Below are positions 45,123 to 54,937 of a stretch of DNA of 60,626 nucleotides, piece by piece; within the stretch, counting starts at the first letter, position 1, and each line of letters begins with the position of its first letter. The notes under the pieces were generated by a model. It ran no database searches, was not told the origin of the DNA, and saw only the letters and a list, made by a program, of their open reading frames with translations. This DNA comes from Thiovulum sp. ES (lineage in GTDB: Bacteria; Campylobacterota; Campylobacteria; Campylobacterales; Thiovulaceae), in the NCBI GenBank assembly GCA_000276965.1, contig AKKQ01000005.1:1-60626 (forward strand), read 5' to 3'. The position numbers were made by a program, and so were the translations under genes.

Positions 45123-46673
45123 TTAAAATATTTGATTTATCCATTGCCAAATTTTAGACATTTGATTATTTTGAGTATTAGGTTTTCCAAAACTACCTGT
45201 ATTTGTTTTCATGTTATTTATTTTTGATAAGTCCCCATAATTACCGGGTAAATCATTTTCAACTGGATGTCTCATTACCTGTTGATTTCCGCCCAAATCT
45301 GTTTTAGGAATTCTTGGGCTTGGTCGCCCTCCTTGAGGTATAGTATTTCTTGCTTCTTTAGAAAAATCTTGTTTTTTCCGTGGTGTTGGATTCTCAATAA
45401 CTTGTTCTTTTGGGACTCCATAAGAGCCTGGACCAATATCTTCGAGATCAACACGAGAAGATCCTCTCTGTTCATCAACACTATCATTATTATACAGCAT
45501 ATTCCAATTTGAATCGAACTCGTAAAGAGTATGTTCTCCTGTTGAATGAAGAATGAGACCAATTGCTGTTGAAAAAGATGGATCTCTCAAATCATTAAAG
45601 AGTCCGTCAATGTTGTCTCTTGGTTGTGCAAGTCGAATCGGTGCTTTAAAAATTTCACCTGCTAGTTCTCGAACACCTTCAAGTTTTGTAAGACCGCCAG
45701 TAAGAACGAAACCAGCACCAATTTCTCTTCTTAAACCAGTATTATAGATCTGCTCTTCCAAAATAGAGAGAGTTTCTTGAACACGGGCATAAACAACTTT
45801 TCCAACAAGATTTAGAGCGACTTCGTGGCTAGAAGTTTCATCACCAATTGCTGGAATTTCGATGAGGTCATCTTCATAAGGAAACATGAGACTGCCGTAA
45901 GTTATCTTCACACTTTCTGCAATATGAACAGGAGTGTGAAGTGCCATAGATAAGTCATTTGTAACATTATCTGAACCAACTCCAAGAAATCCTGTGCTAC
46001 GAATTGCATTTCCTGCAGCATGAATTACAAAACTACTTGTATCTCCGCCCAAGTCAATAACTCCACAACCGAGACTTCTCTCATCGGAATTTATTGTTGC
46101 AATATATGAGGCATAGCTATCAAGAATAACTTTAGATACTTCTAAACCTGCCAACTCAACAGCTCTTTTAAGATTACTTACATTTGATTTTGGAGCAGTA
46201 ATAATATGAACAAAAACCTCTAGCCGAGAAGCATTCATTCCAAGAGGGTCTTCAACATAGTCTTGCTCATCAACTTTAAAATTGTAAGGTAGAATGTGAA
46301 GCACTTCATAATCTGGTGGAATTGTCAAATTATATTGAGAAGTTTTCATAACTTTTTCAATATCTTGAATTGTGATTTCACCGCTCTGAATATTAAAAAT
46401 TGCATGACTATCAATACCAATAACAGCACCACCAGAGATAGAGACAACAGCATCTCGGGCCGAAATTCCTGCTACTCGTTTAGCATACTCAAAAGCCTGT
46501 TTAATTGATTTAGAAGCTTGTTCAATATTTGTAATAGAACCTTTTTTTAAACCACTTGATTTTTCAACACCTGCACCAATTAGTCTAGGTTTTCCATCTC
46601 GAACTTCAGCAATAATTGCACAGACTTTTTTTGAGCCTATATCAATGGCTAGAAGTTTTTTGCCACTATCCAA
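45123..46673 (-). CDS. ftsA: cell division protein FtsA (long C-terminal extension)
   Basis: Actin-fold blocks LAIDIGSKKVCA, VIDLGGDTSSF and VLTGGLTKLEG. 516 aa. Confidence 0.9.
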   Translation of the reverse strand: MDSGKKLLAIDIGSKKVCAIIAEVRDGKPRLIGAGVEKSSGLKKGSITNIEQASKSIKQAFEYAKRVAGISARDAVVSISGGAVIGIDSHAIFNIQSGEITIQDIEKVMKTSQYNLTIPPDYEVLHILPYNFKVDEQDYVEDPLGMNASRLEVFVHIITAPKSNVSNLKRAVELAGLEVSKVILDSYASYIATINSDERSLGCGVIDLGGDTSSFVIHAAGNAIRSTGFLGVGSDNVTNDLSMALHTPVHIAESVKITYGSLMFPYEDDLIEIPAIGDETSSHEVALNLVGKVVYARVQETLSILEEQIYNTGLRREIGAGFVLTGGLTKLEGVRELAGEIFKAPIRLAQPRDNIDGLFNDLRDPSFSTAIGLILHSTGEHTLYEFDSNWNMLYNNDSVDEQRGSSRVDLEDIGPGSYGVPKEQVIENPTPRKKQDFSKEARNTIPQGGRPSPRIPKTDLGGNQQVMRHPVENDLPGNYGDLSKINNMKTNTGSFGKPNTQNNQMSKIWQWINQIF

Positions 46674-46676
46674 AAT

Positions 46677-48116
46677 CTATCCTTTAAAGTAAGTCTCTAC
46701 TGGGTAGTAATACTCTAACCTCTTAATAAGATTTTCATTTAAAAGTTGTTCTTTAAGTTGTAATACAACATCAGAATCTAAAGTATCACCAGCATCACCG
46801 ATTCTCTGTTCAAGGATTTGGTAAAGAACAACTTTGCTACCAATTTTCAAAAAACCTGAATTTGAAGACTGCATAAAAATATCATTTATAAGTTGGCTTT
46901 GCTCTTCAAGATTTAGACCACTAAAAATATCTTGTCCAATGCTAGAAAGAGAGATAAAGTCGGTCTCTTCTCCATCAAAATCAGTGTATGAAGTCTTAGC
47001 AATTTCCATAAGTTGGGAGTCTCTTTTTTGAAATTCTAATTCTGTTTGAACTGCCATCGCAACATTTTCAAAACTTTCAACTTCAGAAGGAATTACCTTT
47101 TCCAATTTAACAGAAACAAATTTGCCGTTTGAGAAAATTGGTTTCATAACTTCACCCTCGTTTAAAGCAGTTAAGTTTGGCATCTGTTCAAAAGGAATAA
47201 TCATATTTAAACCACTGATTTCAGAACTCTCAATTTTTCCATCAAACTCGCCTTTTTTAAAAGCTAAATACTCTTTAAGTGCTGTTTTTTTACTCTCATT
47301 TTGGAGAATATCCGCATGAATTTGGTCTTTGACCTCATCGAAAATTTCATCATAATCAAGTGCATGAAGATTAAAATACTCGTTTAATTCGCTTTCATTT
47401 ACATCTCTTTCAGCAATAGGAGTTTCGATGTAAGAAATTGAGTATCTCTCCTCAGTCATATAGTTATTTTTTGTCAATTCCCAATGAGCTTTAATCTCCT
47501 CTTCAGTAACAGAAACTTCAATATTAGAAGTGTTTAAAACTTTATATTCCAACTTATCTTCTAATTTTGTCAGTGAATTTATAACTTCCTCTTCAAAAGG
47601 TGTAATTTCAATATTTAAAAGCTCCTGTAATTTTGAAATTAAAATAACTTTTCTTAAACGATCCTCATACTCTTTTGGTGTCATCCCTCCATTTTTAAGA
47701 ATAAATTCATACTGTTCTCTTGAAAAATTCCCATCTTTTTGAAAATCTTGGCTGTTAAAAATATGTTCTGCTACTTCTTTATCAAGAACTGTTAATCCAA
47801 AATCTATCGCTAAATTTTGCAATAATGCATCTCTTTTTAAAATATTAAATGCTGTCTCTTGTAATCTCATATTTTTAGCAGTCTCTTCATCAAATTTACC
47901 ACCAAACATTCTTGAATAATAACTATAAATATTACTGTAAGTAGATTGCAACTCAGAAAGCTTAATCTCTACATTTCCAATTTTTGCGATAGCAGAAGCT
48001 TTGCTACCATAATTATAAGAACCCCAACCAACGAAACCAGCACCAATAAATGCAATGGCACTAATCCAAAGTGTAACAACAAGGTATTTTTTATTATGTT
48101 GCATCCATGTAATCAT
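46677..48116 (-). CDS. PpiD/SurA-N-like periplasmic chaperone
   Basis: N-terminal anchor MITWMQHNKKYLVVTLWISAIAFIGAGF typical of PpiD, followed by a long chaperone-like body. 479 aa. Confidence 0.65.
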   Translation of the reverse strand: MITWMQHNKKYLVVTLWISAIAFIGAGFVGWGSYNYGSKASAIAKIGNVEIKLSELQSTYSNIYSYYSRMFGGKFDEETAKNMRLQETAFNILKRDALLQNLAIDFGLTVLDKEVAEHIFNSQDFQKDGNFSREQYEFILKNGGMTPKEYEDRLRKVILISKLQELLNIEITPFEEEVINSLTKLEDKLEYKVLNTSNIEVSVTEEEIKAHWELTKNNYMTEERYSISYIETPIAERDVNESELNEYFNLHALDYDEIFDEVKDQIHADILQNESKKTALKEYLAFKKGEFDGKIESSEISGLNMIIPFEQMPNLTALNEGEVMKPIFSNGKFVSVKLEKVIPSEVESFENVAMAVQTELEFQKRDSQLMEIAKTSYTDFDGEETDFISLSSIGQDIFSGLNLEEQSQLINDIFMQSSNSGFLKIGSKVVLYQILEQRIGDAGDTLDSDVVLQLKEQLLNENLIKRLEYYYPVETYFKG

Positions 48117-48240
48117 TTTTTAACTTTCCTTTATTTTGTTTGAAATATTACTAGAATTTTATCTAAAACTAGTCGTAAATTGTGTTCAAAAATTTATTTG
48201 AGAATAAAATTAGGTATTAGGAAAAAAAATTAAGTTTTAT

Positions 48241-48729
48241 CTAATATGGTATTCCTAGATTAAGAAGTGGGATAATTACAGATTCTCTTTCTCTCCAAAA
48301 CCGATGTGGAATCACAAGGTCTCTTGACTTGATTCTGAAGTTGTCGAAAAAGATAATGTCGATATCCAATGTTCGAGGTGCATTTTTAAAAGTTCTGACT
48401 CTACCAAAAACTTTTTCCAAATATAATATTTTTCTCAAAAATGTTTTTGGTCTAATTGTTGTCTCAAGAAGAATTAGTGAATTATAAAAATCTTCTTGGT
48501 CGAGAAAACCAAAAGGCGGATTTTTTAACACAGGGGCTGTTTGCAAAATTCTAATGTTTCTGTCTCGTTGCATTCGTGCAAAAAGTTTTTCAAACCTATT
48601 TTTTGTATCACCAATATTTCCGCCAATACTCAAAAGGACTTTAAAAGCCTTTTTATCCCGTTGCGGGATAGAGTAAGGAAAATGCGGAGTATAGTGCAAA
48701 GAGAGAGTTGGAGAAAGAGTAATTTCCAA
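48241..48729 (-). CDS. folK: 2-amino-4-hydroxy-6-hydroxymethyldihydropteridine diphosphokinase
   Basis: Blocks LLSIGGNIGD, RTLDIDIIFFD and VIPHRFWRERESVIIPL. Confidence 0.85.
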   Translation of the reverse strand: MEITLSPTLSLHYTPHFPYSIPQRDKKAFKVLLSIGGNIGDTKNRFEKLFARMQRDRNIRILQTAPVLKNPPFGFLDQEDFYNSLILLETTIRPKTFLRKILYLEKVFGRVRTFKNAPRTLDIDIIFFDNFRIKSRDLVIPHRFWRERESVIIPLLNLGIPY

Positions 48730-48731
48730 AA

Positions 48732-49745
48732 TTATAAAACCTTTGCTCCATCATTTTTCATAACAACCATATTTTCAATTCGTGTTCCCATAAAATTAGG
48801 AATGTAAATTGCAGGTTCAATTGTAAAAACCATATTCTCCTCAATAACAACATCACTTCTTTCTGAAATATTTGGAAACTCATGAATATCAAGACCAACA
48901 CCGTGACCAGTAGAATGCATGAAATTTTTTCCATAACCAGCTTCTGTAATTATGTCTCGAGCAATTTTGTCAATTTCTGAAGCTTTCATTCCAATTTTTG
49001 CTTTTGCAACTGTTTCGTCATGAGCTTTTTGAACAATGTCATAAATTTTTTGAACTTTTGGTGTCATTTTTGCATAAGAGAATTTTGTCTGTTGGAACAT
49101 AAAAGTTTCAGTTCTGTCAGAACAATATCTTTTGTATTTTACTCCTGCATCAACAAGAATTAAATCTCCGTTTGAGAGTCTTTTGTCCGATGAGGTCGCA
49201 TGTGGTTTTGAAGTATTTTCGTTAAAAGCAACAATTGGGTGAAAAGAGAGTTCTAAACTACCTTTTTGCTGGATAATATTTCGCAACTTATAATTTAATT
49301 CACTCTCTTTTTTCCCAATACCTTTAACTGAAAGATAATCTTTAAATCTCTGGAAAGATGCTTTTCCGTACCTTGCAGCTGTTGAAATAAATTCAACTTC
49401 CTTATCTGTTTTAACCATTCGTTTCTCTTTTGAGAAATTTGGTTTTGAGACAAAAGATATTTCAATCTTATTTTTTAAACTGTCAAAATCAGCAACAGTC
49501 CATTCATTTGGATCGAAAATAACTTCTTTAACTTTTTCACTTTTTAGAATTTCCACAAGAGTATCAACAAGACTTCTTTCAGCTTCAACAACATCGCAGT
49601 TGATAGCTTCATTTTTTGCCTCTTCGATATATCTAGCATCTGTAAAAAGAACTTTTGTGGAATCTAAAGAGAGAAGAAGAGAATTATCATTGCTGTAAGA
49701 AACTTCATAATAGATAGAATTTTCATCTTTATATAGATAATTCAT
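48732..49745 (-). CDS. M24-family Xaa-Pro aminopeptidase/dipeptidase
   Basis: Metal ligand blocks LVDAGVKYKRYCSDRT, HSTGHGVGLDIHEFP and FTIEPAIY. Confidence 0.85.
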   Translation of the reverse strand: MNYLYKDENSIYYEVSYSNDNSLLLSLDSTKVLFTDARYIEEAKNEAINCDVVEAERSLVDTLVEILKSEKVKEVIFDPNEWTVADFDSLKNKIEISFVSKPNFSKEKRMVKTDKEVEFISTAARYGKASFQRFKDYLSVKGIGKKESELNYKLRNIIQQKGSLELSFHPIVAFNENTSKPHATSSDKRLSNGDLILVDAGVKYKRYCSDRTETFMFQQTKFSYAKMTPKVQKIYDIVQKAHDETVAKAKIGMKASEIDKIARDIITEAGYGKNFMHSTGHGVGLDIHEFPNISERSDVVIEENMVFTIEPAIYIPNFMGTRIENMVVMKNDGAKVL

Positions 49746-49754
49746 ATTATTTCC

Positions 49755-50237
49755 TTATTGTTGAGGAATTTTTTGTTGTTGTTGTTGCTGTTTAATAGCT
49801 TTTATCTCATTTAAAATTTGCATCATTGAAATAATTGCTAGGTGATAACTAAATGGACCAAAACCAGAAATTTGACCTGCAACAACTGGAGCGATCATCG
49901 ATTTGTGTCGGAACTCTTCTCTTTTATAAATATTACTGATATGAACTTCAACAGTCGGGATATTAACAGCAGTAAGTGCATCTCTGATTGCAATTGAAGT
50001 GTGTGTAAAACCTGCTGGATTAATAATAATTCCATCGCTTTCACCATAACACTCTTGAATTTTATCTACGATTTCACCCTCAAGATTTGATTGAAAAAAT
50101 TCGATTTCAAAACCATTTTTGTCTGCGACATCTCTCATTTGACCATGAATTTGCTCTAACTTCATTCCACCATAAATATTTTGCTCTCTAATTCCAAGCA
50201 TATTTAAATTTGGACCTTGAATAACTGTAATTTTCAT
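49755..50237 (-). CDS. aroQ: type II 3-dehydroquinate dehydratase
   Basis: [21 protein letters not shown] and [17 protein letters not shown]. Has an unusual glutamine-rich C-terminal tail ([12 protein letters not shown]). Confidence 0.92.
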   Translation of the reverse strand: MKITVIQGPNLNMLGIREQNIYGGMKLEQIHGQMRDVADKNGFEIEFFQSNLEGEIVDKIQECYGESDGIIINPAGFTHTSIAIRDALTAVNIPTVEVHISNIYKREEFRHKSMIAPVVAGQISGFGPFSYHLAIISMMQILNEIKAIKQQQQQQKIPQQ

Positions 50238-50309
50238 TTTATCTCCTTGAATTCACTCAATTTTAGCACAATTTAAAATTAAGTTTGTTTCCAAAATTGA
50301 ATCTATCGC

Positions 50310-50903
50310 CTAAGTTTTGATTGCAAATGGCAAAAGAACCATTAAGAAAATTCGATGAGGTCGGGAGTGAAGATTTAAAAGCTTAATACCTATTGAAAAT
50401 CGGTCTAAATCTTCAGGGGAAAAGTGGAAATCCCTATTTTTTAAAAGTGTATTTTCCAAAAGAAGAGTTGCTTCTTCAACAGAAATATCTTTTACAGAAT
50501 TCAAGAAATTGTCTAAAATTTTCAAATCTAAACTTGATATTTTTGGAGTCTGATAATTTAGAGGCTCTTTTTTGCTTTCAATAGTTTTAACGGGCAGACG
50601 AGAACGAACAGTTGGCAAAAGCATAGATTTTGATGGAACAATTAAAATGAAGAAAGTATTTCGCGGAGGCTCTTCTAAAACTTTTAAAAGTCCGTTTTGA
50701 GAAACTTGAGAAAGCTTTTTTGTTTCAATAGCAATTACTTTACCATTTTCACTACTCTCGTATGATTCCTTGATAATATTTCTGACCTCATCGATAGAGA
50801 GAGCTTTTGAGTGAAACCAAACAATCTCTAAATTTTGACTCATTTCAGTAACAAATTTTTTAGTATCTTCAGAATATTGAGTTACTAAGATTTGGCTTTT
50901 CAT
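50310..50903 (-). CDS. holB: DNA polymerase III delta-prime-like subunit (short form)
   Basis: Clamp-loader sensor block LLKVLEEPPRNTFFILIV...LLPTVRSR. Only 197 aa. Confidence 0.7.
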   Translation of the reverse strand: MKSQILVTQYSEDTKKFVTEMSQNLEIVWFHSKALSIDEVRNIIKESYESSENGKVIAIETKKLSQVSQNGLLKVLEEPPRNTFFILIVPSKSMLLPTVRSRLPVKTIESKKEPLNYQTPKISSLDLKILDNFLNSVKDISVEEATLLLENTLLKNRDFHFSPEDLDRFSIGIKLLNLHSRPHRIFLMVLLPFAIKT

Positions 50904-51661
50904 ATTTTTATTTTTTCTTGACCTATTCTATAAAGGGCAAAATCATATTTAACAGGATCGTTTTTGTCAAATTCTTGCAATTTCTCTGTTAAAAGAACAG
51001 CTGATTTTAAATCATAAGTTTTTCTTTCTAAAAGTCCTAAATTTTGAGAAATTTTAAAAGTGTGAGTATCAAGAGGAATTATCAAATCTTTTTTTGATAC
51101 ATTTTTCCACAAGCCTAAATCAAGATTATCTTTGCGAACAACCCAACGGAGAAATAGATTCCATCTTTTCATTGCTGAAAAACCTGCCAACTTTCTTTTA
51201 TTTGGAATTTTTCCCAACAAAAATTGATAACCTTTTGAATCATGTTTTTCAACTTTCCGCATTTCAGAAATCAAGTTTTTTAAACCATCAATCACATTTT
51301 CCTCTTTCTTGTAACCCGCAACAAAAATCTCTTCTAAATTTCCAACTCTCTTTAAAGCTTTAAAAATTGCGATGAGGTCCTCGCCTTTTTGAAAACGATA
51401 ATAGAATTTTTGCAACTCCTTTCCCATAACCTCATCAGAACTCTCTAAAATTTCAAAAGGCAAACTCTCCAAAAATTTTAAGATTAAAGATGCTTTCCCA
51501 TATGCAAAAAGTGCCGAGATTAAGGCTACCTTATCATTTTTCCATTTTGTCGCAACAATTAAAGGATCAGGCTTTTCATGAGAAAGTTCTCCAATCTGAT
51601 TTCTAAATTGACTCTCTTTTTCAAGAAGCTCTCTCAAATTATTTTTCAAAACACTCCTCAA
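50900..51661 (-). CDS. TIGR02757/DUF2400-family protein
   Basis: 253 aa with IPLDTHTFKISQNLGLLERK and a C-terminal DPVKYDFALYRIGQ pattern. Overlaps the holB-like start by 4 nt. Confidence 0.55.
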   Translation of the reverse strand: MRSVLKNNLRELLEKESQFRNQIGELSHEKPDPLIVATKWKNDKVALISALFAYGKASLILKFLESLPFEILESSDEVMGKELQKFYYRFQKGEDLIAIFKALKRVGNLEEIFVAGYKKEENVIDGLKNLISEMRKVEKHDSKGYQFLLGKIPNKRKLAGFSAMKRWNLFLRWVVRKDNLDLGLWKNVSKKDLIIPLDTHTFKISQNLGLLERKTYDLKSAVLLTEKLQEFDKNDPVKYDFALYRIGQEKIKI

Positions 51662-51968
51662 CTGAAATAATTACCCCGCCAAACTTCCCTTTTTTTGCAA
51701 CAAAACTGTTTGATGCTAAATTAAAATCTTTTTGATTTACAGTGTATTCTCCGCAGGATATGTTTTTATCACTGTTGTAATCTAAAACAAGTCTTTTCAT
51801 ATTTTCTGAATATCTATCGTTTTCAGTCTCTAAATATATTGAGCCACCAATTGCTAGAATGACAAATAGCAAAATTGAAATCAATCCACCTTTTCCAACT
51901 TTGTCAGCTTTTGACAAAATTAAAGTTAAAAAGAGAGCAATCCCTAAAATAATTACAATTTGAACCAT
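51639..51968 (-). CDS. small membrane protein
   Basis: Two N-terminal hydrophobic helices (VIILGIALFLTLIL, LISILLFVILAIGG). 109 aa. Overlaps the downstream gene start. Confidence 0.45.
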   Translation of the reverse strand: MVQIVIILGIALFLTLILSKADKVGKGGLISILLFVILAIGGSIYLETENDRYSENMKRLVLDYNSDKNISCGEYTVNQKDFNLASNSFVAKKGKFGGVIISVEECFEK

Positions 51969-52124
51969 TTTTCACCTCTGAAAATATTTTTTGAGATGTT
52001 AGCATTAATTGTAGATTCAGAAAAAAACAACTAAACTTAAGTCGAGATATTAATTAAGCAAATTATGTTTTAATTAAAGTTCAAATTATGATCTTGATAA
52101 AAACATCTAATGAAGGTAGTCTAA

Positions 52125-53564
52125 ATGGCAAAAGTTGTTATTTTAGGTTCGGGATTTGCTGGGCAAACTGCTGCTCTCAATCTCCGAAAAGATTTAGGTA
52201 AAAAACACGAAGTCGTTGTTGTTACTCCTAACAAAAAGTTTGGATATGTTCCATCTTGGGTTTGGGTTGGTGTTGCAAGAATGGATGTTAGTGAAACTCA
52301 ATTCGATTTAGCCCCAGTCTATAAAAAGAAAAAAATCGGCTATGTTAATGGTCTTGCAAAGTCAATTCATGTTGATGAGCAATTCGTTATGGTTGATCTT
52401 CTTTCTGGTGGTCAAGAAAAAGTTGAATATGACTATCTTATTAATGCGACTGGTCCTAGACTCGCATATGATATGACAGAGGGACTTGGTCCAGATCAAG
52501 GTGGATATTCTGTTTCAATCTGTACTCCAAATCATGCTCAAGAGGCTGGTGAAGAGTATCTTAAAATGGTTGAGCGAATGGAAAAAGGCGAAACTGTTAA
52601 ATTCCTTATCGGAACAGGACACGGAATGGCAACTTGTCAAGGTGCTGCTTTTGAGTATATTCACAATATCGCTTTTGACCTTGAAGAGAGAGGACTATTA
52701 GACCGAGCAAGAATCAAGTGGCTTTCTAACGAAGCGGCTCTTGGTGATTTCGGTGTTGGTGGAATGGTTATTGGTAAAGCTGGACACATTGTTTCTGGAA
52801 AAATCTTTGCTGAAGCCTCTTTCATGGATAGAGGAATGGAGTGGATTACTGGAGCTCATGTTAAAAAAGTTGAAGAAGGAAAAGCTACTTACATCACTAT
52901 TGATTCTGCGGAAGAGAGAGTTGAAGAGTTTGACTTTGCGATGTTAATTCCTGCTTTTGCTGGTGTTCCTCTTAAATACATCAACAAAAATGGTGACGAT
53001 ATTACTGGTGATCTTTGTGCTCCTAACGGAATGCTTAAAGTTGATGCTGACTATACTTCTGCTCCAAAAGGTTTCGACAATTGGAAAAAAGAGGATTGGC
53101 CTTTAACTTACCAAAACCAAACTTACAAAAATATCTATGGTGCAGGAATTGCATTTGCTCCTCCACATCCAATCTCAAAACCAAATAAAGCTCCAGACGG
53201 AACTCCAATTACTGCTTCACCTCCACGAACTGGTATGGCTGCGGGAATTATCGGACATGTTGTTGCAATGTCTATTGCTGATATTGTTAATGGAAAATCG
53301 ACTGAACCAGAACATACAGGTTCTATGGGAGATTTTGGTGCTGCTTGTGTTGCTTCTATGGGTAAATCATTCTCAAAAGGTGGTGCTGCTGTAATCGCAA
53401 TGTATCCAGTTGTTCCTGACTATGACAAATTTGAGTATGGTCGAGATATGGATGCCACTTTTGGAGATGAGGGTCTTGCGGGACACTGGTTAAAAGCTCT
53501 TCTACACCACCTGTTTATCTACAAAATGAAAGGTAAATTAGGCTGGTGGTTAATTCCAGATTAA
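52125..53564 (+). CDS. sqr: sulfide:quinone oxidoreductase-type FAD-dependent disulfide oxidoreductase
   Basis: Rossmann motif KVVILGSGFAGQTAA. Conserved Cys positions are in SQR-like contexts (SICTPNH, MATCQGAAFEY, GAACVASMG). 479 aa with an amphipathic C-terminus. Confidence 0.75.
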   Translation: MAKVVILGSGFAGQTAALNLRKDLGKKHEVVVVTPNKKFGYVPSWVWVGVARMDVSETQFDLAPVYKKKKIGYVNGLAKSIHVDEQFVMVDLLSGGQEKVEYDYLINATGPRLAYDMTEGLGPDQGGYSVSICTPNHAQEAGEEYLKMVERMEKGETVKFLIGTGHGMATCQGAAFEYIHNIAFDLEERGLLDRARIKWLSNEAALGDFGVGGMVIGKAGHIVSGKIFAEASFMDRGMEWITGAHVKKVEEGKATYITIDSAEERVEEFDFAMLIPAFAGVPLKYINKNGDDITGDLCAPNGMLKVDADYTSAPKGFDNWKKEDWPLTYQNQTYKNIYGAGIAFAPPHPISKPNKAPDGTPITASPPRTGMAAGIIGHVVAMSIADIVNGKSTEPEHTGSMGDFGAACVASMGKSFSKGGAAVIAMYPVVPDYDKFEYGRDMDATFGDEGLAGHWLKALLHHLFIYKMKGKLGWWLIPD

Positions 53565-53584
53565 AATTTAAGAAAGGATTTTAG

Positions 53585-53740
53585 ATGAAAGTTAAATATG
53601 TTCCATATTCTCAATTAGGTGATGCTTGGATGAAACCGGGAAGCTTTGCAAGATTTCTTAAAACTTGTGTTATTTGGCAAGGTTTCAAATTCGCTTACTA
53701 CAATCTTAAAATTGTAAAAGTTCTTGCAAAAGGACACTAA
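53585..53740 (+). CDS. unannotated 51-aa ORF downstream of sqr
   Basis: ATG is preceded by AGAAAGGA. Encodes MKVKYVPYSQLGDAWMKPGSFARFLKTCVIWQGFKFAYYNLKIVKVLAKGH. It starts 21 nt after the sqr stop and is too short for the ORF track. Confidence 0.4.
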   Translation: MKVKYVPYSQLGDAWMKPGSFARFLKTCVIWQGFKFAYYNLKIVKVLAKGH

Positions 53741-53767
53741 TCTCTTTGTGCAGTTTTTCTCTGCTGT

Positions 53768-53860
53768 GAAGAACTCCGCCCTAAAGGACGGAGCTTCCTA
53801 GAAACTCCATACTATTGTCCAGATATTATGTAGGCTTAAACGGCACTTCCTACCGCATTG
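53768..53860 (-). repeat. TnpB right-end / omega-RNA-like element attached to a tnpB remnant
   Basis: Lies directly 3' of, and partly overlapping, the minus-strand tnpB remnant. It contains a cuccgucc-uuua-gggcggag hairpin inside a gaag...cttc outer stem. Homologous to 6981-7072. Confidence 0.55.
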
Positions 53861-54050
53861 CGAATATTTTTTCGATGCATTGGAATCAGCATTTTCAGAA
53901 TGTCCGCATTTCAAACATTCAAATTCACTTTTAGTTTTTCTATTTTCTTTGTCAACGTATCTACATTTGCTACATTTTTAAGATATAAATTTTGGATTTA
54001 CTTTTACAAGTTTTCCACCATTTCTCTCTAGTTTGCATTCCAATCTTTTG
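53836..54050 (-). pseudogene. tnpB: decayed tnpB 3' fragment (zinc finger plus RuvC-III) with an in-frame stop
   Basis: The reverse-strand frame reads LECKLERNGGKLVKVNPKFIS*KCSKCRYVDKENRKTKSEFECLKCGHSENADSNASKNIRNAVGSAV*. This is the TnpB C-terminal signature interrupted by a stop. Confidence 0.7.
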
Positions 54051-54091
54051 ATTTTTTCACAAAACTAAATTATAACTGAAAGGCACTTTTC

Positions 54092-54429
54092 AAAAAAAAT
54101 CAAATTTTTATGAGAACCTCTTTTAAATTATCGTAATCTTTGATAAATCCGACTTCTACCATTGATGTTAAAGTTTTTAAATACTCACCTCGTTTTTGTT
54201 GAATCAAAGAATCATGTTCTTTTTGGTTGTATCCACGAGTGTCGAAAATTGAAAGTTTTTCACGAAGCAACAAAGAAAGATGGGAAGAAATTCCTGTGTT
54301 GTTTTTTCCAATTCGGTCGGGCAGAGTATCAACAATTTTGTTGAATTCTTTGAAATTATCTCCACCAACATCTCGATAAAGCAAAATGTTCTGATTGATG
54401 AAAACCTCATACATTTCATATTTCAAATC
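54092..54429 (-). repeat. ~335-bp near-identical direct repeat, copy 1 (3' part of KilA-N-like gene)
   Basis: Nearly base-for-base identical to 55761-56088, with a handful of substitutions seen by eye. Confidence 0.85.
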
Positions 54430-54852
54430 AACATCAAGAAAACTTGCCAAATCTAAAAGTAAAAATAAGTTTGCCCAATAACCTCTATTTTCAGGTTTTC
54501 CACCTCTTTGAGATTTAATTACAAGATTGAAATCTTTCTTTTTTAGAATTTCACCAAAAGAAATTCTATTACTTAAGTCTCGTGGAAGTTTCGTAACTGT
54601 CGCACCTATATCCAAACTGGCAAATTGCCAGTTTGACTTTTTGCTTTCTTCATTGAAAACTTTAATGATGAATTCCCAAGTTGATTCTTTCCTCAACCAT
54701 TCAGCCATTTCAATTTCACGAAGACCTTTTTTCTTTCGATATTCGTTTCCGATTGCCAAAACATCATTCAGTTTTCCGATTTGTGTGAGGTGTCCAATTT
54801 GCACGGTGTAATTTCTACCAATTTTGACTTCCATCATTTGATTTGTTTTCAT
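54100..54852 (-). CDS. KilA-N-like domain protein, paralog A
   Basis: 250 aa. NDVLAIGNEYRKKKGLREIEMAEWLRKESTWEFI... then RGYWANLFLLLDLASFLDVDLKYEMYEVF. The pattern is aromatic/hydrophobic and KilA-N-like. Shares its C-terminal ~110 aa with 55735-56655. Confidence 0.6.
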   Translation of the reverse strand: MKTNQMMEVKIGRNYTVQIGHLTQIGKLNDVLAIGNEYRKKKGLREIEMAEWLRKESTWEFIIKVFNEESKKSNWQFASLDIGATVTKLPRDLSNRISFGEILKKKDFNLVIKSQRGGKPENRGYWANLFLLLDLASFLDVDLKYEMYEVFINQNILLYRDVGGDNFKEFNKIVDTLPDRIGKNNTGISSHLSLLLREKLSIFDTRGYNQKEHDSLIQQKRGEYLKTLTSMVEVGFIKDYDNLKEVLIKI

Positions 54853-54937
54853 GCTAAAATTTCAAAGCCCTTTCATTTAATTTATTTTGCAAAACTAATT
54901 ATAACTGAAAGGCACTTTTCCAAAAAAATTTAAAATA

